Positions 19,565 through 28,414 of a stretch of DNA of 64,000 nt are shown here, piece by piece. Where the stretch lies: contig JBAYKP010000004.1 of assembly GCA_041664465.1 (NCBI GenBank), positions 6,876-70,875 on the forward strand, given 5' to 3'. How positions within the stretch are numbered: position 1 is the first letter of the stretch; every line of letters begins with the position of its first letter. The notes beneath the pieces were generated by a model. It saw only the letters and a list, made by a program, of their open reading frames with translations, searched no databases and was not told the DNA's origin. This DNA comes from Minisyncoccota bacterium. Its GTDB lineage: Bacteria > Patescibacteriota > Minisyncoccia > Phycocordibacterales > UBA9973. Both the position numbers and the translations under genes were made by a program.

Positions 19565-19965
19565 TTTTTTTGTTTATGAAATTTATTTTATATAATAAAA
19601 AACTTGTTTCTCGTGCTAGAGAATTAAGAAAAAATAGAACAGAAGCGGAAATTATATTTTGGAATAAAGTTTTGAAAGATAAAGAAGTAACAAGTTATAA
19701 ATTTACCCAACAAAAACCTCTTGGAGATTTTATTGCTGATTTTTATTGTTCTAAACTTTTATTGGTTGTTGAAATTGATGGAGAAATACACAATGAACTA
19801 AAAGGAAGAGACAAAGAAAGGTCCGAGATTCTTCTTTATAAATATGGTATAAAGGTAATTAGATACCAAAATGATAACGTCTTAAATAATATTGAAAAGG
19901 TTATTGGTGATTTTAAAAATGAAATGAAATTACGAGAAAAATACTTAAAATTAAAGGGTATTTAA
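19552..19965 (+). CDS. DUF559 / Vsr-like (PD-(D/E)xK) endonuclease-domain protein
   Basis: 137 aa. LRKNRTEAEIIFWNKVL...DFYCSKLLLVVEIDGEIH...KERSEIL...GIKVIRY matches the DUF559 very-short-patch-repair-like endonuclease fold. Confidence 0.65.
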   Translation: MGEVIFLFMKFILYNKKLVSRARELRKNRTEAEIIFWNKVLKDKEVTSYKFTQQKPLGDFIADFYCSKLLLVVEIDGEIHNELKGRDKERSEILLYKYGIKVIRYQNDNVLNNIEKVIGDFKNEMKLREKYLKLKGI

Positions 19966-20005
19966 AGTCCCACTGATAAGGGGGATTTAGGGGGTTTAAA
20001 GTATT
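19958..20005. repeat. Copy R3: half-unit of the palindromic element (shared with the left half of R2), flanked by tttaaagt direct repeats
   Basis: gtatttaaagtcccactgataagggggatttagggggtttaaagtatttaaac compared with the R2 left arm gtatttaaagtccccttgataagggggattagggggttt. Confidence 0.65.
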
Positions 20006-20014
20006 TAAACTATT

Positions 20015-22249
20015 ATGAAAAATAAAGTATTCAAATTGAAGAGCAATTATAAGCCTGATGGTGATCAGCCGAAGGCGATTTCACAGTTGCTGGAAGGCTT
20101 AGAAAAGGGTATGAAGAAGCAGACTCTCCTTGGTGCAACGGGGACAGGCAAGACTTTCACTATTGCCAATGTGATAGAGAAGTGGAACAAGCCGACGTTG
20201 GTAATAGCTCACAATAAGACTCTTGCTGCTCAGCTTGCTCAGGAATTCAGAGAATTTTTCCCTGATGCGGCAGTACACTACTTCGTATCTTATTATGATT
20301 ACTACCAGCCGGAAGCTTATATGCCTATTACAGATACCTATATAGAGAAAGATGCTCAGATAAATAAAGAGATAGATCGTCTCCGCCATGCTACCACGCA
20401 GTCACTTCTGACTCGTCCAGATGTGATTATTGTGGCATCTGTGTCTTGTATATATGGATTAGGAAGTCCGGAAGAGTACGAAAAGGTAAATTTGAAACTG
20501 GAAATCGGCTCGAAGATTGGGAGGACTGATCTGATGAGAAGATTACTTGGGATACATTTTGAAAGAACGAATGCAGATCTCAATCCTGGCACTTTCAGAT
20601 CTATTGGGGACAGAGTCGAAGTGATGCCAATATCTGAGACTTTTGTATATCAAATCGAATTTTCTTCCCCTAGGCACGGCCTAGGGGAGAGTGTTGTTTC
20701 TAAAATTTTGAAAGTTGATCCAGTTTCTGCACATGTACTTAAAGAAGAGAAAAGCCTGCCCGACGGCAAGGCGGGTATTTTCTTATTCCCCGCCAAGCAT
20801 TTCATTACCGATGATGAAAGTACGAAAACTGCTATCAAGAATATTAAATTAGAACTTGCACAGCAATTAAAGAAGTTTGAGAAAGAAGGTAAATTACTTG
20901 AAGCCGAGAGAATTAAAAGAAGGACGAATTATGATTTGGCTATGATTAAAGAAGTGGGTTATTGCAATGGCATAGAGAATTATTCTAGACAGTTTTCTGG
21001 GAAAAAAGAAGGGGAAGCACCGGATACATTACTTTCTTATTTTAAAAATAATTTTCTGACTATTATTGATGAATCTCATGTGACTTTGCCTCAACTTGGC
21101 GGAATGTATGCTGGTGATGCATCACGCAAGAATACTTTGGTAGAGTTCGGTTTCCGTCTTCCTTCTGCGAAAGATAATCGCCCGCTCAAATATAATGAAT
21201 TTGAAGAAAGAATTGGAGACGTGATATATGTATCTGCGACGCCGAGTGAACAGGAAAGGACTATGAGTAATCAGGTAGTTGAGCAGATTATTCGCCCTAC
21301 AGGGCTTATAGATCCAGAGATATTGGTGAAGCCAGTGAGTGTGGGAGTTCCTCCCCTCCTTACTAAGGAGGGGACTAAGGGGAGGTTCTTAATTAATTCA
21401 CCTCTCCCTGACCCTCTCCTTGCAAAGGAGAGGGGGAATTCATACCCTGGTCAAATTGAAGATTTTATAAAAGAAGCGGATAGAGTTATTAAGAAAGGGT
21501 TTAGGGCGATAGCGACAACCTTGACGAAGAAGATGGCGGAAGATTTGAGCTTGTTCTTGAAAGAGAAAGGATATAAAGCAGAATATCTGCATAGTGATAT
21601 TAAAACTATAGAGAGAATTCAAATATTAACCCAGTTTAGAAAAGGGGACTTTGATATTTTGATCGGAGTGAATTTGCTTCGTGAGGGTCTTGATCTTCCG
21701 GAGCTTGCTCTCATAGGAATTTTAGATGCAGACAAAGAAGGATTCTTACGATCTACTACATCCCTAATTCAGATTATCGGCCGTGCAGCGAGAAATGTCG
21801 AAGGAAGGGTTGTGCTCTATGCCGATCATATGACGAAGTCCCTCGAAAGTGCGATAGATGAAACAACGAGAAGAAGAAATATACAGATAGCTTACAATAA
21901 GAAGCATGGCATTACTCCTGCGACGATTATTAAAAAGATTAAAGATATTACAGAAGAGCTTGAAGATAAGCATGGCAAGGCAGTGAACGCCGAACTTGAT
22001 CTAGATGTGGAATTATTTAAGAAAGCATTTGGAGCAAGTAAAAGTAATAAGGGTAAAGGTGAGAGAGAGTCAATAAAGAATCTACTCCTCTCAGATGAAG
22101 ATAGGAATAAAAATGTTTACGAAAAGATAATAAAGATAAAAGAGAAAGAAATGAATAAAGCGGTGAAGGAACTAGACTTTGAAACCGCGGCAATATTGAG
22201 AGATGAGATAGTGGTGTTGAAAAGTAAAAAGGCCACAACTGTTGAGTGA
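20015..22249 (+). CDS. uvrB: Excinuclease ABC subunit B, carrying an in-frame 37-codon insertion derived from a palindromic element
   Basis: 744 aa. Helicase motifs (GATGTGKTF, DESHVT), a beta-hairpin region, a C-terminal UVR domain (DFETAAILRDEIVVLK) and a TGA stop. Confidence 0.93.
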   Translation: MKNKVFKLKSNYKPDGDQPKAISQLLEGLEKGMKKQTLLGATGTGKTFTIANVIEKWNKPTLVIAHNKTLAAQLAQEFREFFPDAAVHYFVSYYDYYQPEAYMPITDTYIEKDAQINKEIDRLRHATTQSLLTRPDVIIVASVSCIYGLGSPEEYEKVNLKLEIGSKIGRTDLMRRLLGIHFERTNADLNPGTFRSIGDRVEVMPISETFVYQIEFSSPRHGLGESVVSKILKVDPVSAHVLKEEKSLPDGKAGIFLFPAKHFITDDESTKTAIKNIKLELAQQLKKFEKEGKLLEAERIKRRTNYDLAMIKEVGYCNGIENYSRQFSGKKEGEAPDTLLSYFKNNFLTIIDESHVTLPQLGGMYAGDASRKNTLVEFGFRLPSAKDNRPLKYNEFEERIGDVIYVSATPSEQERTMSNQVVEQIIRPTGLIDPEILVKPVSVGVPPLLTKEGTKGRFLINSPLPDPLLAKERGNSYPGQIEDFIKEADRVIKKGFRAIATTLTKKMAEDLSLFLKEKGYKAEYLHSDIKTIERIQILTQFRKGDFDILIGVNLLREGLDLPELALIGILDADKEGFLRSTTSLIQIIGRAARNVEGRVVLYADHMTKSLESAIDETTRRRNIQIAYNKKHGITPATIIKKIKDITEELEDKHGKAVNAELDLDVELFKKAFGASKSNKGKGERESIKNLLLSDEDRNKNVYEKIIKIKEKEMNKAVKELDFETAAILRDEIVVLKSKKATTVE
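21337..21447 (+). repeat. Copy R4: palindromic element inserted in-frame in uvrB (encodes SVGVPPLLTKEGTKGRFLINSPLPDPLLAKERGNSYP)
   Basis: Hairpins cccctcctt-act-aaggagggg and ccctctcctt-gca-aaggagaggg surround the core ggttcttaattaattcacctctc, which is the reverse complement of the R1 core. The flanking residues (LIDPEILVKPV / GQIEDFIKE) line up with the uninterrupted UvrB consensus (DPxIxVRP / GQIDDL). Confidence 0.75.
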
Positions 22250-22292
22250 AGGGCCTTTTAGTGATCAAAGCATGAAATGAACAAAAACTGTG

Positions 22293-22364
22293 TCGGCGCG
22301 ACAGGCCTCGAACCTGCATCTCCTGACTGCCAGTCAAGCTTCTTAACGTTAAAACGACGCACCG
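22293..22364 (-). tRNA. tRNA-like gene, possibly tRNA-Ala (GGC), with an atypical D-arm
   Basis: The reverse complement is CGGUGCG...GCAGGUUCGAGGCCUGU-CGCGCCG-A. A 7-bp acceptor stem (one G-U pair), anticodon stem CTTGA/TCAGG with loop CTGGCAG, and a T-arm GGTTCGAGG all fit. Positions 10-25 (GTTTTAACGTTAAGAA) cannot form a canonical D-stem, and the G3:U70 Ala identity pair is missing. Confidence 0.4.
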
Positions 22365-22400
22365 GTTAATTTAATGGCATATTAGCTGATTTATTCATAT

Positions 22401-22429
22401 TTGTCAAATATAAAATTTAGTGTTAGAAT
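22401..22429 (+). promoter_or_regulatory. Sigma70-like promoter upstream of uvrA: TTGTCA, 17-nt spacer, TAGAAT
   Basis: -35 at 22401-22406 and -10 at 22424-22429. The first in-frame ATG is at 22468 and the conserved UvrA N-terminus starts at ATG 22582. Confidence 0.35.
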
Positions 22430-22467
22430 TAGAGTAATTAAATATTGATATACCCCCTCTAAGAGAG

Positions 22468-25266
22468 ATGCGGGGACTGTTTAAATTTATGAAAAAAAAC
22501 GAAGAAGCAAAAATAATAATAAAAGGGGCTCGGACGCACCCCGAAGGAAAGAGTACTTCCTACGGGGCAGGCAATTTGAATATGGTTGATAAAATAGTTA
22601 TTCGAGGTGCTCGTACCCACAATTTAAAAAACATTTCTGTCGAAATGCCTCGGAATAAGATGATAGTAATTACTGGGATGTCAGGCTCTGGGAAGAGTTC
22701 TTTGGCCTTTGATTCTATCTTCGCCGAAGGTCAGAGGCGTTATGTGGAGAGTCTTTCAGCTTATGCTCGCCAATTCCTCAATCAAATGCCGAAGCCGGAT
22801 GTAGATGAGATTACAGGTCTTTCACCAGCTATCTCTATAGACCAGAAGTCACGTTCCAACAACCCTCGTTCGACAGTTGCAACTATCACTGAGATATATG
22901 ATTATCTTCGTGTTCTTTATGCGCGTATTGGACATCCTCATTGTCCTCTCTGCGGAGAAGAGATAAAAAAGTTATCAAATGATGAGATACTTCATTTTGC
23001 AATAGATAAGATAAAGAATTTTCAAAAAGATACAAAGAAAAACCCCGTAAAAAAGCAAAGCTTTAACGGGGCAAGGAAAGTTTTAGGCGTTGAATGGAAT
23101 GAAGCTCCCGTGTCTATTCTTGCCCCAGTTGTGAGAGGCAGAAAAGGTGAATATTATCAACTTCTTTATGATTTACTCAATAAAGGCTTTGCGCAAGTTA
23201 GACTTGATGGAGAGATAAAGAAATTGAGAGAAAGAATAGATATTTCTAAAACTAAGAAGCATGACATAGAAGTTATTGTGGATAGTTTCCAAATTCATGA
23301 ATTTAAAGATAATGAAAAGGATTCTTATTCACGTTTAGCTGAGAGTGTCGAGAGAGCTTTGCTCGAATCAGATGGCTTAGTGATAATTAAAATAGATGAA
23401 GAGGAGTACCTTATGTCTTCCAAGTTTTCTTGTGCTAATGACGGCTTTGCTTTCCCCGAGATAGAGCCAAGATTATTTTCTTTCAATTCTCCTTATGGAG
23501 CATGTCCAACTTGTAATGGTCTCGGGACAAAATATTTCGGCGGAGATGAAGCTTGTGATGATTGTAAGGGTCTTCGTCTTCGTACTGAAGCATTGCATGT
23601 GTACCTTGGTGAAAGCGCTTCGCAGAAACATCAAAATTCTTCCCGCTTTACCCTAAAGGGCTCCGACGCGGATAAGAATTTTGATTTTTCTGCTCCGCTT
23701 AACATCGTGGGTGTGACGCAATTATCAATTTCCGATGTTGCGGATTATTTCATTGAGTTAGAATTAAGCGATCAAGAGAAAGAAATTTCAAAAGTTATAA
23801 TAAAAGAGATAGAAGCTCGTCTTCAGTTCTTATTAAACGTTGGTCTTGATTATCTGTCTCTTGACAGAAAGGCCAATACGCTTTCTGGTGGTGAGGCTCA
23901 GCGCATACGTCTCGCTTCGCAACTCGGTTCACGACTTGTAGGAGCACTCTATGTGCTTGATGAACCGACGATAGGATTACATCAGAGAGATAATGATAAA
24001 TTAATTAAAACATTAGAAGACCTTCGTGATTTGGGTAATACTATTATAGTGGTAGAGCATGATGAAGATACTATCTTTGCGTCGGATTATATAGTAGATA
24101 TAGGACCTAAAGCCGGAGTTCACGGCGGGGAAGTGATAGTCTCTGGGTATCTTGATGAGTTACTTGATGCGAAGACTAATGCATCCAAGTCTAGAACTTT
24201 GGCTTATTTACGTAATGAAGCTCGGATAGAAATTCCAGAGAAGAGAAGAACGAGCGACAAAGGAACTTTGAAGATAGTCGGAGGGAAAATTTTCAATATT
24301 GATAATCTAAATGCTGAAGTGCCACTTGGCAAGCTTGTAACTATTACTGGAGTATCAGGAAGTGGCAAGAGTTCCTTCATGTATGAAATCTTACATAAAA
24401 ATCTACAAGCAAGATACGAGAGAAAGTTTCGAACCGCGAAAGTTTTCAACTGTGCATCTTTCACTGGTACAGAATATCTTTCTCGTGTCGTTCTCATAGA
24501 TCAGTCTCCAATAGGTAGGACACCTCGATCAAATATTGCTACCTATACAGGAGCTTTCACTCATATCCGTGATATGTTTGCATTGAGCGAAGAAGCACGT
24601 TTGAAAGGCTGGAAAGCTAATAGATTCTCTTTCAATGTAAAAGGTGGGAGATGTGAAGCTTGTGAAGGGAATGGTGAAGTCGCAGTTGAAATGCACTTCT
24701 TGCCAACAGTCTACGTGACTTGTGATGTTTGTAATGGCAAGAGATTCGATAAGGAAACTTTGACGGTAAAATACAAAAAGAAAAATATTTATGAAGTTTT
24801 GCAAATGACGGTAGAGGAAGCTTTTACTTTTTGGGAAGATATACCAGCAGTTTACGATAGGATGAAGACACTTATGGATGTAGGACTTGGCTATGTGAAG
24901 CTTGGCCAATCAGCGACGACCCTTTCAGGTGGAGAGGCTCAGCGTGTTAAAATTTCTACAGAGCTTTATAAGCCATATTGGGAGAAGACGATCTATTTAC
25001 TTGATGAGCCGACTGTTGGATTGCATTATGATGATGTGGCTAAATTGCTGGAAGTATTGAATAGACTTGTAGAGAAAGGTAATAGTGTAGTGGTGATAGA
25101 GCACAATATGGATATTATCAAATCATCTGACTATATTATAGATATAGGGCCAGAAGGAGGACTCTCTGGTGGGAAAATTGTTGCCAAAGGCACGCCGGAA
25201 GAAGTTGCTAATACGCCATCTTCCCATACGGGGAAATATTTGAAGAAAGTATTGAGAAAAAAATAA
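22468..25266 (+). CDS. uvrA: Excinuclease ABC subunit A (probable true start at ATG 22582)
   Basis: 932 aa. Two ABC ATPase modules ([18 protein letters not shown]; LSGGEAQR twice) and zinc-finger cysteine clusters. The canonical N-terminus [17 protein letters not shown] begins at codon 39. Confidence 0.93.
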   Translation: MRGLFKFMKKNEEAKIIIKGARTHPEGKSTSYGAGNLNMVDKIVIRGARTHNLKNISVEMPRNKMIVITGMSGSGKSSLAFDSIFAEGQRRYVESLSAYARQFLNQMPKPDVDEITGLSPAISIDQKSRSNNPRSTVATITEIYDYLRVLYARIGHPHCPLCGEEIKKLSNDEILHFAIDKIKNFQKDTKKNPVKKQSFNGARKVLGVEWNEAPVSILAPVVRGRKGEYYQLLYDLLNKGFAQVRLDGEIKKLRERIDISKTKKHDIEVIVDSFQIHEFKDNEKDSYSRLAESVERALLESDGLVIIKIDEEEYLMSSKFSCANDGFAFPEIEPRLFSFNSPYGACPTCNGLGTKYFGGDEACDDCKGLRLRTEALHVYLGESASQKHQNSSRFTLKGSDADKNFDFSAPLNIVGVTQLSISDVADYFIELELSDQEKEISKVIIKEIEARLQFLLNVGLDYLSLDRKANTLSGGEAQRIRLASQLGSRLVGALYVLDEPTIGLHQRDNDKLIKTLEDLRDLGNTIIVVEHDEDTIFASDYIVDIGPKAGVHGGEVIVSGYLDELLDAKTNASKSRTLAYLRNEARIEIPEKRRTSDKGTLKIVGGKIFNIDNLNAEVPLGKLVTITGVSGSGKSSFMYEILHKNLQARYERKFRTAKVFNCASFTGTEYLSRVVLIDQSPIGRTPRSNIATYTGAFTHIRDMFALSEEARLKGWKANRFSFNVKGGRCEACEGNGEVAVEMHFLPTVYVTCDVCNGKRFDKETLTVKYKKKNIYEVLQMTVEEAFTFWEDIPAVYDRMKTLMDVGLGYVKLGQSATTLSGGEAQRVKISTELYKPYWEKTIYLLDEPTVGLHYDDVAKLLEVLNRLVEKGNSVVVIEHNMDIIKSSDYIIDIGPEGGLSGGKIVAKGTPEEVANTPSSHTGKYLKKVLRKK

Positions 25267-26514
25267 ATGGATACAAATTCTGCCATGGCAGAATTTGTAT
25301 CCATAAAAAATATGAAAATACAAGATTTAAAAAAATTAAGAATTCCAGATAAATCAGGAGTCTATTTCTTTCTTAAATCAGCTAGGCAAGGCCTAGCTGA
25401 AAAGAATATTCTTTATATTGGTAAAGCTACCTCACTTCGGGATAGGGTAAAGAGCTATTTTTCTAAGGATTTAATCAATACTAGAGGTCCGGCTATTTTA
25501 GACATGACAGTAAGGGCAGATAATATAGAGTGGCAGGAGACAGATAGCGTCCTTGAAGCTTTGATATTAGAGGCGAATTTGATAAAGAAATATAAGCCGA
25601 AATATAATACGAAAGAGAAAGACAATAAGAGCTTTAATTATGTTTGTATTAACAAAGACGTTCCTTCAAAAATTTTGGTTGTTCGAGGCAGGAATTTGGA
25701 TAAAAGTTTATATAAGAATATTTTTGGACCTTTTCCGAATGGTAATTTATTAAAAGAAGGAATGAAAATAATCAGAAGAATATTTCCATATTTTGATTAT
25801 GATTCAAATAAAAAGAATAATAAAGAATTTTATAGACAGATAGGACTTGTTCCTAAAAATGAATATAATGAAAATATAAAAAATATTAAACTTCTTTTTC
25901 AAGGCAAGAAAAAAAGTATTATAAAAAATCTTAAAGCAAGAATGACTTATTTTTCAAAACTAAAAGATTTTGAAAATGCAGCACGAATTCGAGATCAAAT
26001 ATATGCGTTAAATCATATTAATGACATTTCGCTAATAAAAGATGAAATATATGGAAGTCCAACTTCCATATATAGAATAGAAGCATATGACGTTGCTCAT
26101 ATGAGTGGCAAGAATATGGTAGGGGTAATGACAGTAGTAGAAGGAGAGGAAGTAAATAAAAATGAATATAGGAAATTTATAATACGAACACAAAATGATG
26201 CCAATGATACCGGAGCCCTCGAAGAAATTATTTCTCGTCGATTGAGACATACAGAATGGGGGTTGCCCAATTTGATAGTGGTGGATGGAAGCATCGCACA
26301 GGTGAATGTCGCGAAGAGGGTACTTGGTCGTTATCAATTTGATATACCAATCGTAGGGGTGGTGAAAGACGAACATCATAGACCGAAGGCTATAATGGGT
26401 GATGAAAAGATAATTAAAGCTTATAAAAAGGAGATTCTACTTGCCAATAATGAAGCTCATAGATTTGCTATAACTTTTCACAAACAAAAGAGAAATAAAA
26501 GCTTTTTAAAATAA
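25267..26514 (+). CDS. uvrC: Excinuclease ABC subunit C, short form lacking the C-terminal (HhH)2 domain
   Basis: 415 aa. GIY-YIG domain (GVYFF...ILYIGKATSLRDRVKSYF, EALILEANLIKKYKPKYN), UVR domain (ENAARIRDQIYALNHI) and RNase-H-like endonuclease domain (RIEAYDVAHMSG...VVDGSIAQ...EAHRFAITFHKQKR). The gene stops immediately after that last domain. Confidence 0.8.
   Translation: MDTNSAMAEFVSIKNMKIQDLKKLRIPDKSGVYFFLKSARQGLAEKNILYIGKATSLRDRVKSYFSKDLINTRGPAILDMTVRADNIEWQETDSVLEALILEANLIKKYKPKYNTKEKDNKSFNYVCINKDVPSKILVVRGRNLDKSLYKNIFGPFPNGNLLKEGMKIIRRIFPYFDYDSNKKNNKEFYRQIGLVPKNEYNENIKNIKLLFQGKKKSIIKNLKARMTYFSKLKDFENAARIRDQIYALNHINDISLIKDEIYGSPTSIYRIEAYDVAHMSGKNMVGVMTVVEGEEVNKNEYRKFIIRTQNDANDTGALEEIISRRLRHTEWGLPNLIVVDGSIAQVNVAKRVLGRYQFDIPIVGVVKDEHHRPKAIMGDEKIIKAYKKEILLANNEAHRFAITFHKQKRNKSFLK
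25269..25302. repeat. 34-bp perfect palindrome ggatacaaattctgccatggcagaatttgtatcc at the uvrC 5' end (contains the start ATG)
   Basis: The sequence equals its own reverse complement and encodes DTNSAMAEFVS. A second copy lies inside miaA. Confidence 0.9.
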
Positions 26515-26539
26515 TTATTTCTTGATATACTACAAGAAT

Positions 26540-27538
26540 ATGATAAAAGTTGGAGTTATTCGTGGAGGAATAAGTGGCGAGTACGAGGTTTCTCTTAAAA
26601 CAGGGGGCAATGTCCTTTCGCATCTTCGGGGGGATAAATTAAGTGAGAAATATAAAGCTATAGATATACTTATAGATAAAGAAGGTGTTTGGCATATAAA
26701 TGGTAAGCCTGTAGCAACCTCAGATGTGTTTAATTCCGTTGATGTTATTTTCAATGCTCTGCATGGAGACTTCGGAGAGGATGGTAAAGTCCAGCAGATG
26801 CTTGATGGATGGAAGATTCCATACACTGGCTCAGGTGCTTTCGCTTCAGCTCTAGGATACAATAAAGTTCTCGCTAAAGAGCAATTCAGTTTACTTGGAA
26901 TAAAGACCCCGAGTCATCTTGTAATACCTAAATACAATGAAGAAGATGCAGATATAAAAGTTTATTCTAAAAAAACAGCTAAACAAATTCATGACAAGCT
27001 TTCTCCTCCTTGGATAGTGAAGCCTCTTGCTGGTGGCTCTTCTGTCGGTATGAGGATGTGCAAAACTTATCCCGAGCTTATGAATGCATTCCTAGATGGA
27101 GTAAATAAAGAAGTGGATGTTTTGGTGGAAGAAATGATAGAAGGCAAGGAGGCTACAGTAGGAGTGATAGATAATTTTCGTGATAAAGTTGTCTACGTTC
27201 TTCCAACTATTGAGATACGTGTTCACAAAGGGAAAGATTTCTTTGATTTTGAAGCAAAGTATAAGGGTATGTCAGAAGAAATTTGTCCTGGGAATTTCAC
27301 AAATGATGAGAAGCTTGAGCTTGAAAGGTTGGCAAGCCTTATTCACACAGGGCTTAACTTGAGCCATTATTCAAGAAGTGACTTTATTATTCATCCGAAG
27401 AAGGGCATTTATGCTTTAGAAGTGAATACATTGCCGGGGCTTACAGATGAATCATTAGTTCCTAAAATGTTAAAGGCTGTGGGATCCGATGTGCCTACAT
27501 TTATTGATCATATTCTTAAACTAGCCTTAAAAAGATAG
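26540..27538 (+). CDS. ddl: D-alanine--D-alanine ligase
   Basis: The Ddl N-terminus IKVGVIRGGISGEYEVSLKTG, the FNALHGDFGEDGKVQQMLDGWKIPYTGSG motif and an ATP-grasp C-terminus. The ORF-track start at 26522 is a TTG, so the ATG at 26540 is preferred. Confidence 0.88.
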   Translation: MIKVGVIRGGISGEYEVSLKTGGNVLSHLRGDKLSEKYKAIDILIDKEGVWHINGKPVATSDVFNSVDVIFNALHGDFGEDGKVQQMLDGWKIPYTGSGAFASALGYNKVLAKEQFSLLGIKTPSHLVIPKYNEEDADIKVYSKKTAKQIHDKLSPPWIVKPLAGGSSVGMRMCKTYPELMNAFLDGVNKEVDVLVEEMIEGKEATVGVIDNFRDKVVYVLPTIEIRVHKGKDFFDFEAKYKGMSEEICPGNFTNDEKLELERLASLIHTGLNLSHYSRSDFIIHPKKGIYALEVNTLPGLTDESLVPKMLKAVGSDVPTFIDHILKLALKR

Positions 27539-27558
27539 TTGTGTTATAATAAATTTAT

Positions 27559-28386
27559 ATGGAAGAAAATAAAATTACACCAATAATAACAGATAAAACT
27601 CCAGAAACCCCAGTTGAAGGGGCTTTGTCTTTAGAGCAACAATTAGAAGCAATGAAAATTGAGAATGAAAGATTGTTGATTAAGTATAAAAGATTAGAAC
27701 AATCTAAATTAGAAGAAGATATGTTTATCTCAAATGTATTTCATGGTATGAAGAATTATTTTAACCAAATTCTTGGTTTTCTTGATATTATTAGTGATGG
27801 GAATTTAGAAGAAGAAGATCAAAAAACTTATTTAAACATTATTGAAAAAGCAAGTTCATCAGCTCATAGCTTAAGTGAAGAATTTTTACTTTGGAAAAAA
27901 TCTGGATCAAATAAATTTGAGGCACAAATATCAGAAATAGAATTATCTTCATTTGTTGATAGCCTTATAAATTCATCAAGAGAAATGGCGAATTTAAAGA
28001 AAATAAATTTTAATGACAGCATTGATTCTGGTATTTCTGTTATGGCTGACCCATCCATGTTGAAATCAGTTTTAGAAAATTTAATTTCAAATGCGATAAA
28101 GTTTACAGAACCAGAAGGGAATATTTCTATTTCTTGTGAGAGGAAAGATAATGAAGTGAAAATATATGTAATTGATGATGGAAGAGGTATCCCTAAGGAT
28201 AGACAAGATAAAATTTTAAACAGTTTAGGGGATACTACTATTGGGACGAGTGGAGAGAAGGGGACGGGATTTGGTCTCCATACTTGTAATGGATTAATAA
28301 AAAAGATGGGAGGGCATATTGATTTTACAAGTGAAGAAGGGAAAGGAGCTACATTTAGTGTGACTTTGCCGGCGGGGAGTAGATAA
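27559..28386 (+). CDS. Soluble sensor histidine kinase (coiled coil, HisKA-like domain, HATPase_c domain)
   Basis: 275 aa with no transmembrane helix. A phospho-acceptor region (ISNVFHGMKNYFNQILGF) and ATPase N/G boxes (LISNAIKFT, IDDGRGIP, GTGFGL). No response regulator is adjacent. Confidence 0.7.
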   Translation: MEENKITPIITDKTPETPVEGALSLEQQLEAMKIENERLLIKYKRLEQSKLEEDMFISNVFHGMKNYFNQILGFLDIISDGNLEEEDQKTYLNIIEKASSSAHSLSEEFLLWKKSGSNKFEAQISEIELSSFVDSLINSSREMANLKKINFNDSIDSGISVMADPSMLKSVLENLISNAIKFTEPEGNISISCERKDNEVKIYVIDDGRGIPKDRQDKILNSLGDTTIGTSGEKGTGFGLHTCNGLIKKMGGHIDFTSEEGKGATFSVTLPAGSR

Positions 28387-28414
28387 GATATAGTTTGTAT
28401 TAATATATTCACAT

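Noticed and set aside
22293-22364. Considered as the 3' tRNA-like domain of a tmRNA.
   Set aside because: The 5' partner strand pairs as a normal 7-bp acceptor stem only 72 nt away, and a normal anticodon stem-loop is present. That is consistent with a tRNA-sized molecule, not a tmRNA of about 350 nt.
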